From Macrostomum lignano (taxonomy: Eukaryota), in the NCBI GenBank assembly GCA_002269645.1, contig NIVC01005060.1, forward strand, positions 1 through 27,477: a stretch of DNA of 27,477 nucleotides, in the 5' to 3' direction. The notes below the pieces were generated by a model that ran no database searches, was not told the origin of the DNA, and worked only from the letters and a program-made list of their open reading frames with translations. Each line of letters starts with the position of its first letter. The first letter of the stretch is position 1. The translations under genes and the position numbers were made by a program. This document shows, piece after piece, positions 1 through 10,600 of the stretch.

Positions 1-121
1 TTATCATGGCGCTTCTTTTATGTTTGAAAATTCGCTTCTTTTAAATATAAATTCTGGGCACACATCACTGTCTAACAGCTAATTGGTCAACAAGTTTGCC
101 TGTCTAGCAGGTTTGCTTGCA

Positions 122-368
122 TTAGGTACCCCTACATGTACATGTGCTGTTTCTATTGTAACAGGTGAGCATACCGGTACAAATGAATCTACGAAAGTAA
201 AAGGATTATTTTAACATATGAATTACTGCATACTTACCGACACATTCTCTCGCTCCTTTTCTCTGTCAATCAATTGAAAAGGTCTCCATCTTTAGCGATA
301 GCTGCTCCACTGAGTTGGCACAACAGCAGAGCGACAGATGCCGCTAGAACCAGGATTAAAAAGCGCAT
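122..368 (-). CDS. Putative secreted Cys-rich (defensin/CS-alpha-beta-like) peptide; 2 exons; in-frame TGA at codon 33
   Basis: Minus strand. Exon 1 is 368..238 (ATG at 368), then GTAAGT donor at 237, a 49-nt intron ending TTTTACTTTCGTAG at 189, and exon 2 188..122 (TAA). Spliced translation: MRFLILVLAASVALLLCQLSGAAIAKDGDLFN*LTEKRSERMCRFICTGMLTCYNRNSTCTCRGT. It has a hydrophobic signal peptide and CxxxC and CxC motifs. Intron phases fit without adjustment. The TGA at 272..270 interrupts the frame, so this is a pseudogene, a sequence error or a recoded codon. Confidence 0.55.
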
Positions 369-1101
369 TTTCGTTCCAAAATCAGTTGCTAGTCGTATTG
401 CAAGAAACGTAGAATACTGATAATGCACTTGGCTTTATCGACTAGCTGGTTGGGCGAGTTCGTGCGATATAAAGCTGGTAGAACACTGCTGACTGTGAGA
501 TTCAAACATCTGTGCATGCTCAACTAGGACCTGGCATTAAAATGTCACACATAGAGACTTAGTGTGACTATAATGCAATCCCGTTATATTTGTTATCAGT
601 AAAACTGCCGATTTGATTGCTGATTGGAATTTAGTTGGGCGTGAGAAATGTTATAATCTAGAGATTATAATCCAAAAAAATGTTTTAATCTCGTGATCTG
701 CACGATCAGAAAACACAGTTTGGTTCGTCGATCCTGCCATCCGACGTTTACCTGACATCTATGATCGATGATCGTCCCAGCTCGGACAGCTAGTCACTTT
801 TTTAGTTGGTCTGGATTGTCCATTGGCAAGTGGGTACTTTTGCATTGGATCGACGTTTGCCTGATATACATTGCGTAACGTCGTCATGCATCCATCGGCG
901 TAACGAAGGAAAATTCGACGGACGACGGAATGCTGCACAGGTGTACAGTAATAACTGAGCCACTACCAGGAAAAGGACAAAATTAAAGACCCAATTGAGG
1001 CCAAAGAAGAGACCTTGTCTCGCACCGAGTAAAAACTCGATGCGGTTCAGTTTCGAAGATCTCTGCCGCTATATGGAAACATATAAATAAATACGTGCAC
1101 A

Positions 1102-1640
1102 CAGGGGCGTCGTCATGGATTTTATGGTGGGGGACAAAGCCAAGAATTCAACATGTACATGAATAAATTCCTACAATTCCATTATTTTGAGAATCGTGTT
1201 GTCAGCGCTCATTTCGCCGCCGCAGGCACTCATTTTAGCGCCGCAGGCACTTTTTTGGCGCGGTAAGCATTCCATTTAGCAGCAGGAACTCATTTTAGCG
1301 CCGTGGGCACTCATTTTAGCACCGCAAGCATTCGAATTCATTTTAGCGCCACAGGCACTCATTTTAGCGCCGCAGGCACTCATTTTAGCGCCACATGCAC
1401 TCATTTTAGCGCCGCAGGCACTCATTTTGGCACCGCAGGCACTCATTTTGGCGCCGAAGGCGCTATATTTTGGCGGCCTGAAGAAAAATTATTGATTAAC
1501 ACGAGTCACAAAAAAGGTAGGGTGGGGGCACAGAATATTCTGTGGGTGAGGGGGGGACAAAGCATTGCCATGTCCCCCCCATAGCTTTTACTGGGGGGAC
1601 ATGTCCTTCCTGTCCCCCCTCCCCGTTGGCGACGGGCCTG
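1102..1640. mobile_element. Non-autonomous hAT-like DNA transposon (MITE)
   Basis: Imperfect TIRs CAGGGGCGTCGTCA (1102-1115) and reverse complement CAGGCCCGTCGCCA (1627-1640), 11/14 identical. The 8-bp flanks CGTGCACA (1094-1101) and TGTGCACA (1641-1648) match 7/8. Subterminal GGGGGACAAAGC and TGTCCCCCC motifs are present. CAGG termini plus an 8-bp TSD are typical of hAT elements. Confidence 0.7.
1206..1460. repeat. 21-bp tandem repeat GCACTCATTTTAGCGCCGCAG inside the hAT-like element
   Basis: About 10-12 imperfect copies are visible. This array produces the spurious GTHFSAA ORF at 1303. Confidence 0.9.
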
Positions 1641-2167
1641 TGTGCACATGTAAATTACCAAAAAAGATCGACACTAATTATTCGTAGACACCTCTTCAAT
1701 CCTAAGTTGTCTATCATATTTCACTGTTAGCTCGAATCTACCAAATATAAAGCGGAGAACATATCCACGCGACCGAGCCTCATTTCGAGTCGCATTCTCG
1801 TTCTTGGGTGCTACAGGCATATCCCTATTTCAGCGGGCAAACTTTTTGAAGTAAAAAAACTACGGTTATCTTACAATTTTTATAACAAAACAAAATATCT
1901 AGCTGCTTGCTTTAATGATAAAAACTAATGACAAAGTTTTATTAGTGCTAAAAATATAACTTCGCATACACTCTTTAGAGTAAGAGGCAAAACTTTGACT
2001 TTGCGATTCCGTTATCAGTAAATTTTAACTCAATGCAAATAGATACACTGAAAATATTGAAGGTTCGGCGTTCTAGTTCTAGATAAGTTTGGCTCAACAT
2101 TGTAATATTATTTAATTTCGAATATTTAAATTAATTAACCGAAACAAATTTTGTTTAGGCCTACAAA

Positions 2168-5100
2168 ATGAGCGAGGTAAGTATTTAGTTTAAAATGCCA
2201 ATGTCAATGATGTATCATGGCATATGCATTCACATTCACAATTCACAACACTTTTTTTAAGTAGATAATGTCAGTACACATCCTTTTTTATCTGCTTTGG
2301 ATATCATATTGTGAAGATTACTTACACATTAAAACCTTTTTAAATATTAGGCTAGTAAAATAACTAATTTCAATATTCCAATTTATTATTATTATAAACA
2401 TTTTACAATTTTGCTTTGATATTATGGAAATTCAGGCCTTAAAATTACTCAAACTTATTAGCTTTATCTATATTATACATAGTCAACAATTTTTCCTATA
2501 CAAGACTATGAAAGAAGAGATTTTCTTAAACCCTAATTTTGCATTGTTGTATAGCAAATATACTATACTATAGACTATAACAAATGCATATCATAGGCCT
2601 ATAGTCTAAATCATGCTAGATTGCCAGGTGCATCCCATACAAATTGAACAATAAAAATGTATGCCAAATGCATGCCAAAAAATGAGTGCACACTAGCTTA
2701 AATGAAAAAAATATCTTATATAATATTATCATTTGGCCCATAGTGTAGATTATACAAAGTGTATACCAGAATACTTTAAACCAATGTATACCAGAATAAT
2801 TTAAACCAAGGCATGCCAATGCCAAGTAAATGCACAATTGTAATTGTGACAATAAAGGACCTTTTTTAGTTGCAACAGTAAAATACCTTTTTTAGTAGCT
2901 TTCATTTTTGCAATGTACGTTTCCATTAAAACTAAATTGGCATAGTTCTAGTTTACTTCGCAATATTATTTTGCCTTTCACTAAATTATTTTACCCTGTT
3001 TTTGTCACTTTCCAGGTTTGGCTTTAGTGTCACAAGTCAGAAAAACAGTCAGTTCAAGTTGCCAAGTCACTTAAACAGGGTAATACATGGAAGCCCAGTA
3101 AAGCATGGCGCGGAATGCATTGTTCGGGTACAGGCGGTGCCAGATGGCTTGGTTGGCAATGAGGTGATGCTTTGCCATCTACCTCATGGTTGTTATGTCA
3201 TCGCGACTTGCCTCTACCATCTCCCGAATACCAAAATTTCTTTTGTATAATTCAGCAAGTTTGCAGCATTGACCAGTTGATTAGGTGGGACAATAAATGT
3301 CGGGTAGCTGGGTGGCTGGTCATTGTGCAGATTAATCTGAAAGGGTTGTGGTTTGAGTACAGATGCAGAATATGCTATGTAAATGCAAAAAAAATGCATA
3401 AAAATAATATCGCGAAATAAACTAGAACTATGAAAATAAATCGCGAAGTAAACTAGAACTATGCCACTAAATTAACCATACAACCTATATGTATCTGTAC
3501 CTACCTACTAACAAACTATTGATAAATTTTCAATTATATACATCTATCTTAACTTACTATCTCTAGAAAAAATGCTTTAATGCACATTGCATGACAATCA
3601 TGCATACTACACTTTCACTTTCTTTTAGTTACATTTTATGTATGCTGATATTTTAAAAGATATGTTGTGTATGCTGCCATTTTCAAATGCACACCAAAAA
3701 ATCTGGCATGCACTACATCTTCTAGAGATAGGTTATTTGTTAATTTTTTAAATATTACTTTAGATACTTTTTATTTTTCTATATTTTTAATTTATTATTT
3801 TTTTGGCCAATATTTTTGCCTATATTAATTGTGCTTGTAGCTTTTTTAATTCAAATGCAAATAAAGCAAGTTTATATTAAAACTAATTTAACACTTATAA
3901 AACTTTATGGCTTATAATTTCTTTTTGTCTATAAAATTTATAGTGAAAATCTAATAGACATACATTTGTTAAAATGCTTTATTGAATTTTTTAAAAAACT
4001 GAAAGCTTTAATTTAAATTTTAATTAGACAATTTTAGTATAGTGAAAAAATTAAAGTTGAAGTTTTTTGTTATTGTTTTATATTATAAGTTTTACTTTTC
4101 TAAACTTTTGGCATGCAAGGCCAATGTATACCCAAATTTTCTAGTATATACTAGATGATCCTAGGTATAAAATGCATAGGCTATATAAGAGGCAATCTTT
4201 TTTAATATTTGTTTATAGTTTATAATATGGGTATAACATGTTTCTTTCTTTTTTAAACTTAATAGCCTTTCATTATTTGCACAATAAGTTCATTACTTAA
4301 TTTAGATAGTATTTGTTTTGTTTTAAACATATAAAATATCTTGTAGTTTATATGATAATTTTAACAATAATAACTGCCTAAAATAAATAAGACAAAGAAG
4401 GTTTATAACAACAAGTATTTTCAAGAACTATGATATATTATATTATATAGAATTATAAAAAACCCATGTGATGCCTTAAGAAAACTGTCCACTATCATGC
4501 CATATTCTAGGCTATCAAGCTATTCCATCTCATAGCATGCCACCTTTTCCATGCAATAACCAAGTGTATGCCAATGCATACTAGCATTTTTGGCCAAACC
4601 AAATGCATGCTATAATTTTCTGGCATGATGTACGCTTTACAAAGTATGGATGTGGTATAGGGTTAATAGTATAACATATTCTATATCTATAGTAGGCCTA
4701 GCTAAGCCCAAAAGAAAATTTGGCTGACATGGCTTTGATGTGGCATAGTCTGTGGCCTATACCAAAGTCAATAAATAAAAGGAAAGCAGGTGGAATAGGT
4801 GGGCTTTCTATAGCTACAATGCTAAAATGTCTAAAGATAAACCTGAGAATGGCTAGTTATCTTATAATACCATCTGCTATTGTTTCTGCCAATAAAGTAG
4901 TGAACTCTATCTAGTTTATATATTATATTTTTATATTCTGGTTCAGGTTCATAGTTACCTAATATAAAGTTTTCTATGCTTAGTTAGTTCAAGTTCTGGT
5001 AACTTTCAAACAAAAATGAGTAAAACACTATCTATGGACTAAATAAAGGCTCTGCAAAAAGGCTTGGTTAAAAGCCCACTATGAGAGCTGAGAAATAAAA

Positions 5101-5908
5101 AGAAATAAGATCAAGACTAAGAATCTTGGAGTAGCGTAAAAGTCTGCTATGGTATTAGCACTAAATTGACATCTCCTTGAGCATATTTAGTAAACCTGAA
5201 AATATAATAAATGACCAAAAATAAACTGTCTATATTTGATATTTAATTTATTTGTTAATACTTTTTAGACAGTAAACATAACTAGCAAGTTTTATTAATA
5301 TAAAATTTTTGAGTTGATAAAGTTTCAAATTCTGATTTTTTTAAAGCTAAAATGACAAATCTTAATACATGTTTTGGCTATATCTAGTTATAATTTTAAT
5401 TTTTTTAGCTTTTATGCCTATGAAGTTTTAGGCTTATGAGATTTATCTTTACTAATGTGACTTTCAAGCCGTCAATGTAAGCTCAATATATTTACTTATA
5501 ATTAAATGATGAAGTGACCAGGCTAGTCATATCATTTTCTTAGGCTAATGTTACAATTTTAAGTGCATTAAGAGCATTTTTTCCACAAAAATTCTTATTG
5601 TTATCTCACCAATAGCTGACTTATCACTGGACCTTTAATCCAACTTGTCTCAGGCTGAATTCAACGACTATGCCGAGAAGATGAAGAACCTGAAGTCCCG
5701 CCCAACTGACGACGAGCTGCTGGAGCTATACGGCCTGTTCAAGCAGGCCACTGTTGGAGATGTGAACACCGCCAGGCCTGGCATGCTGGACTTCAAGGGC
5801 AAGGCTAAATGGGACCGATGGAACGATAAGAAGGGCACTTCCAAGGAGGCCGCACAGGCTGCCTATATTGAGCTAGCTAAACGGATGATTGAGCAATATG
5901 GCCTCTAA
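2168..5908 (+). CDS. ACBP: Acyl-CoA-binding protein (ACBP/DBI), 87 aa, 2 coding exons
   Basis: Exon 1 is 2168..2176 (ATG AGC GAG, preceded by AAA, followed by a perfect GTAAGT donor). The intron is 2177..5653 (ends TTGTCTCAG) and exon 2 is 5654..5908. Protein [39 protein letters not shown]...GKAKWDRW carries the ACBP signature [12 protein letters not shown] and KAKWD. An intron after codon 3 is also the known layout of vertebrate DBI. Confidence 0.93.
2939..3465. mobile_element. Non-autonomous TIR DNA transposon, Merlin-like (or MULE), in the ACBP intron
   Basis: Perfect 23-bp TIR GGCATAGTTCTAGTTTACTTCGC (2939-2961; reverse complement 3443-3465) and perfect 8-bp TSD ACTAAATT (2931-2938 and 3466-3473). 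An extra partial copy of the right TIR lies at about 3401-3432. GG...CC ends with an 8-bp TSD fit Merlin. The superfamily call is inference. Confidence 0.8.
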
Positions 5909-6152
5909 GTGTTTTTAACTCTACAATTGTGACACATTTACTAACCTAACATTGTTTCACAAATTTTCTAGCTATAAGGTATTTCAGTTTGTATCTGATT
6001 ACTTTATATTGTAAGATAACTAAATAGTTGTTGATCAATTAACTCGTTAAAACCGCCCAACTTTCTGTTTTTATATCCAATTCTTTGCGGTGTCTAAATA
6101 TCCAAAAGCAAAAATGCTTGACTAACACCTTTGTAATAGGCTTCCTCAAAAA

Positions 6153-6158
6153 AATAAA
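6153..6158 (+). other. Candidate ACBP polyadenylation signal
   Basis: AATAAA about 245 nt after the ACBP stop and upstream of the 23-bp repeat. The context is AT-rich, so it could be chance. Confidence 0.35.
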
Positions 6159-6294
6159 TTAGTTAACGTAACTGTCATTATTGTTCCAGTTGTTTTGATT
6201 GATAGTTTAGAAATTTGTTTTGTTCACTGTTTATTCAATTTTATTCTTATAACTTAGTACTTTAAGAAAACTGGTTTGCCGTTGCGAATAGGTT

Positions 6295-6740
6295 GAGAAT
6301 CTCCCCTAATCTCCCATGAGAATCTCCCCTAATCAGCCATGAGAATCTCCCCTAATCAGCCATGATAATCTCCCCTAATCTTTCATGAGAATATCCCCTA
6401 ATCAGCCATGATAATCTCCCCTAATCAGCCATGATAATCTCCCCTAATCTTTCATGAGAATCTCCCCTAATCAGCCATGATAATCTCCCCTAATCTTTCA
6501 TGAGAATATCCCCTAATCAGCCATGAGAATCTCCCCTAATCAGCCATGATAATCTCTCCTAATCTTCATGAGAATCTCCCCTAATCAGCCATGAAAATAT
6601 CCCCTAATCACCATGAGAATCTCCCCTAATCTCCCATGAGAATCTCCCCTAATCTCCCATGAGAATCTCCCTTAATCTCCTATGAGAATCTCCACTAATC
6701 TCCCATGAGAATCTCCCCTAATCAGCCATGATAATCTTCC
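6295..6740. repeat. 23-bp minisatellite GAGAATCTCCCCTAATCAGCCAT
   Basis: About 19 tandem copies with variants (TCCCAT, TTTCAT), in the spacer between ACBP and the CoA-transferase. Confidence 0.92.
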
Positions 6741-7277
6741 TTTATCAGGCATCAAAATATCCTCAACTATGAATACTTTATTTTTTTCACTAATATGCTC
6801 GCCTACATATTGGCACTAACAATTAAGGTTAACATAAACTGTCTAGGTTACTTCCATCTCTGTGGCGACTTCTCCTAACTCAACGCGATCACGCCTCTGC
6901 CTCGTGATTTTGTCCATTCTTTGCCGGTAGAGAATCTACTATGTCTGGGGAGAGTACTTTTCAGGCCTTTGTACAGTAGTCTGAGTACAGCTCTTGCTGA
7001 TAGGTTCGTATGGGAAATGAGCAGTTTGAGTTCTCCATCCCGAGGCTAGATGAAGCGTTGTTTTCTCCCCATTTAATTTGGAAAGCTAGAGATTCCTTTC
7101 TATTCATCCTCTGAGCTTTATTAGGGTATCGTGCAATTAGGGAAACATTGAGCCCTTTCTATCTAATCACATTTTTTCTTGGGCATTTGATTAATCTCTT
7201 GCAACAAGCCTTATAGTCAGTCTTGTCTCCCTGTAAGTTTAGTGTGCCCAACTTTTGTTTTTTAGTTGGTCTGTATA

Positions 7278-7489
7278 CTGTCCTGAACATTCGGTGACTC
7301 ATTTCTTTCTGTCCTGAACATTCAGGATGAGTCATTTCTAACTGTCCTGAACATTCAGGGTGAGTCATTTCTTACTGTCCTGAATATTCAGGGTGAGTCA
7401 TTTCTAACTGTCCTGAACATTCAGGGTGAGTCATTTCTTACTGTCCTGAACATTCAGGTGAGTCATTTCTTTCTGTCCTGAACATTCAG
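7278..7489. repeat. 33-bp tandem repeat CTGTCCTGAACATTCAGGGTGAGTCATTTCTAA
   Basis: About 6 copies ending roughly 140 nt before the CoA-transferase ATG. Each unit contains TGA(G/C)TCA and, in most copies, GAAnnTTC. Confidence 0.9.
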
Positions 7490-7629
7490 ATAATTGATTG
7501 TACACTTCTCGAGCAGCTACCGCCTAGTCCTTTAATCCAACAGCATTGCAAACACTATAAATATTGTTATAATGATTGTTATAAAAAAGCACTTCTTGTA
7601 CTTTTATTTCAGCTGGAGCTAAAATAATA

Positions 7630-10600
7630 ATGACAAGCCGCATCCTAATCAAAGTAGTATCTGATTGTGCCGCATCTTCGCTGCCGCTGCTCACCAATCG
7701 ATGCAGAGGGTTCGCTCACAGGTTGAGCAGGTGTCGCACACCTACGCATCCACTTTGCACACTCAACAGGAGCCGTTCCACCCTATTCCTAATAAATACC
7801 CCGTGTGGCTGAATGCTGATCAGGTATGTGACTCATTGTAAATGTGTGATAGTGTCTATCATAGCGTTTCTGTCTTAATGTGTCTCGTGGGCTTTCTTCA
7901 TCATGTCTGTCTGTCTCAGTGTCTGTATTAGTGTCTGTCTCAGTGTCTCATTGCCTGTCTCAGTGTCTCATTGCCTGTCTCAGTGTCTGTCTTAGTGTCT
8001 GTCTCAGTGTCTCATTGCCTGTCTCAGTGTCTGTCTTAGTGTCTGTCTCAGTGTCTCATTGCCTGTCTCAGTGTCTCATTGCCTGTCTCAGTGTCTCATT
8101 GCCTGTCTCAGTGTCTCATTGCCTGTCTCAGTGTCTGTCTTAGTGTCTGTCTCAGTGTCTCATTGCCTGTCTCAGTGTCTCATTGCCTGTCTCAGTGTCT
8201 CATTGCCTGTCTCAGTGTCTCATTGCCTGTCTCAGTGTCTCATTGCCTGTCTCAGTGTCTCTTATAGAGCCAGTCTCAGGGTCTCTTATAGCCTGTCTCA
8301 GTGTCTCATTGCCTGTCTCAGTGTCTCTTATAGAGCCTGTCTCAGTGTCTCTTATAGCCTGTCTCAGTGTCTCATTGCCTGTCTCAGTGTCTCTTATAGA
8401 GCCTGTCTCAGTGTCTCTTATAGCCTGTCTCAGTGTCTCTTATAGCCTGTCTCAGTGTCTCTTATTGCCTGTCTCAGTGTCTCTTATAGCCTGTCTCAGT
8501 GTCTCTTATTGCCTGTCTCAGTGTCTCTTATAGCCTGTCTCAGTGTCTCTTACAGCCTGTCTCAGTGTCTCTTATAGAGCCTGTCTCAGTGTCTCTTATA
8601 GCCTGTCTCAGTGTCTCTTATAGAGCCTGTCTCAGTGTCTCTTATAGAGCCTGTCTCAGTGTCTCTTATAGAGCCTGTCTCAGTGTCTCTTATAGAGCCT
8701 GTCTCAGTGTCTCTTATTGCCTGTCTCAGTGTCTCTTATTGCCTGTCTCAGTGTCTGTTTTTGTCTTTTTTTCTCGAGAATTGAGTGTCTCAGCTTCTTT
8801 CAATGTGTCTTTGTGTGCCTGTCTTCTTGATGCGTCTTATAGTGTCTCTGTCCCGTTTTCTAAAGAGTGTCTGTCTGTCTGTCTGATCTTCCAACCAGTG
8901 CTAAGCTTAAAATCATATCGCTTTCAGTATTTATTAAATCTGCGATATAATATTGGAATTTCAAAGGTATTCGATAAGCTACTCGACTCCAATCAGAAGA
9001 TTTCATTCACGGCGGCGCGGCCACCCCCGCTCACCTTATCGAGCGGATGGTGGAGGCTGGGAAACGCAGGCAGCTGAGCAACATCGGACTTATTCACATT
9101 CACACCGAGGGCGAGGCGCCCTACAATGAGCCAGACTGTGACGGCATCTTTCGCAGCAATTCACTCTTCACATCGTCTAATTGTCGGTCGGCCATCCAGG
9201 CTGGCCGGGCCGACTTTACGCCGATTTTTCTGTCCGAGATTCCTCTGCTGTTTAGACGCGGATTCGTTCAGTTGGACGTCGCTCTGATTATGGTGACGCC
9301 GCCTGATAGGCATGGATTCTGCAGTCTGGGACCGTCTGTTGATTGTACCAGGGCTGCCATTCAGAATGCTAGGTATATTGTTGCTCAGGTGAGAGTTGCT
9401 GCAGGGCTGAGACACACACACAAGCACACAGTGGTAGGTGGTTAGATGTTTAATTAGGGAGTTACATGTGTAACAAGGTTATTAATACAGGTTTGTTGGG
9501 GCTGGGTTAAGGCGTAATTAAAGCATAAGAGGTATAATTAGTGGGTTAGAAGTAGCAATAGGGGAGTAAGGGCGTAATTAGTGGAATTAGCTCGGGAATT
9601 AGCGGGGTAATTAGGATCAGAGGCATAATTAAGGAAATTATCGGGGTAATTAGGGGATTAGAGTTGTTATTAGCGGGATTCGGGTGTAATTAGGGAGACT
9701 AGAGGTGTGATTAATGGGATTAGCGGAGTAATTAGGGGAATTAGAGGCGTAATTAGGAGATTAGCGTGGTAGTTAGCAGATTAGAGGTGCAATTAGGGTT
9801 AGCCTTGTAATTAGGGATAAGATCAGATTAAGAAAAAAATAAAAACAATTCGCATTTAACAGGTGAATCCCAAACTGCCCCGTACTCGCGGAGACGCCTC
9901 TATCCACTGTTCGCACATCGACTGCATGGTGCACATGCCGCAGCCGATGCACGAACTGGCTGGTCGCGAGATTAACCCAGAGGAGCAAAAGATCGGCAAA
10001 CTCATTGCTGACAACTTGGTGGCCAATGGCGCCACCCTGCAGACTGGCATTGGCAGCATACCGGATGCTGTTCTGGGCTCGCTCACCGAGCACAAAGAAC
10101 TAGGGTTCACACCGAGATGTTCTCAGATGGGGTTGTCGACTTAACCGAAGCCGGCGCGATTACGAATTCTAGGAAGAAAATTAAACCCGGAAAAATTGTC
10201 ACCGGATTCGTGATTGGCACTAATAAAGTTTTTAATTTTATTGACGATAATGCTATGGTTGAACTGTGCGATATCCAGTTCGTTAATCAGGTTGGTTTGT
10301 GGCGTTTGTGAAGGCTTTCTGAAGGGTGGGTGAAGAGTTCCTGAGGGTGGGTTGAAGGGTGGGATGAAGGGTTCCTGAAGAGTGGGATGAAGGGTTCCTG
10401 AAGAGTGGGATGAAGGGTTCCTGAAGAGTGGGATGAAGGGTTCCTGAAGAGTGGGATGAAGGGTTCCTAAAGGGTAGGATGAAGGGTTGCTGAAGAGTGG
10501 GATGAAGGGTTCGTGAAGAGTGGGATGAAGGGTTCCTGAAGGGTAGGATGAAGGGTTGCTGAAGAGTGGGATGAAGGGTTGCTAAAGAGTGGGTTGAAGG

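Noticed and set aside
1-121. SECIS element in the 3' UTR of the Cys-rich peptide gene
   Set aside because: A GTGA and an AA-rich stretch are present, but I could not pair them into the required helix with a GA/GA quartet. The UTR may extend beyond the window.
1021-1060. Helitron 3' end (hairpin)
   Set aside because: No CTRR terminus follows at the expected distance and no matching 5' TC end was identified.
5645-5908. Single-exon ACBP starting at TTG, as in the ORF track
   Set aside because: The ATG-AGC-GAG/GTAAGT micro-exon at 2168 splices in frame to the CAG at 5653 and gives a normal ATG start.
7880-9077. Long Cys/Ser/Val ORFs
   Set aside because: They are translations of the intron 1 minisatellite. 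Only the last part (VFDKLLDSNQKI, from 8967) is real exon.
9500-9825. Interstitial telomere (TTAGGG)
   Set aside because: Only scattered TTAGGG hexamers occur within a degenerate TAATTAG repeat, and there is no tandem array.
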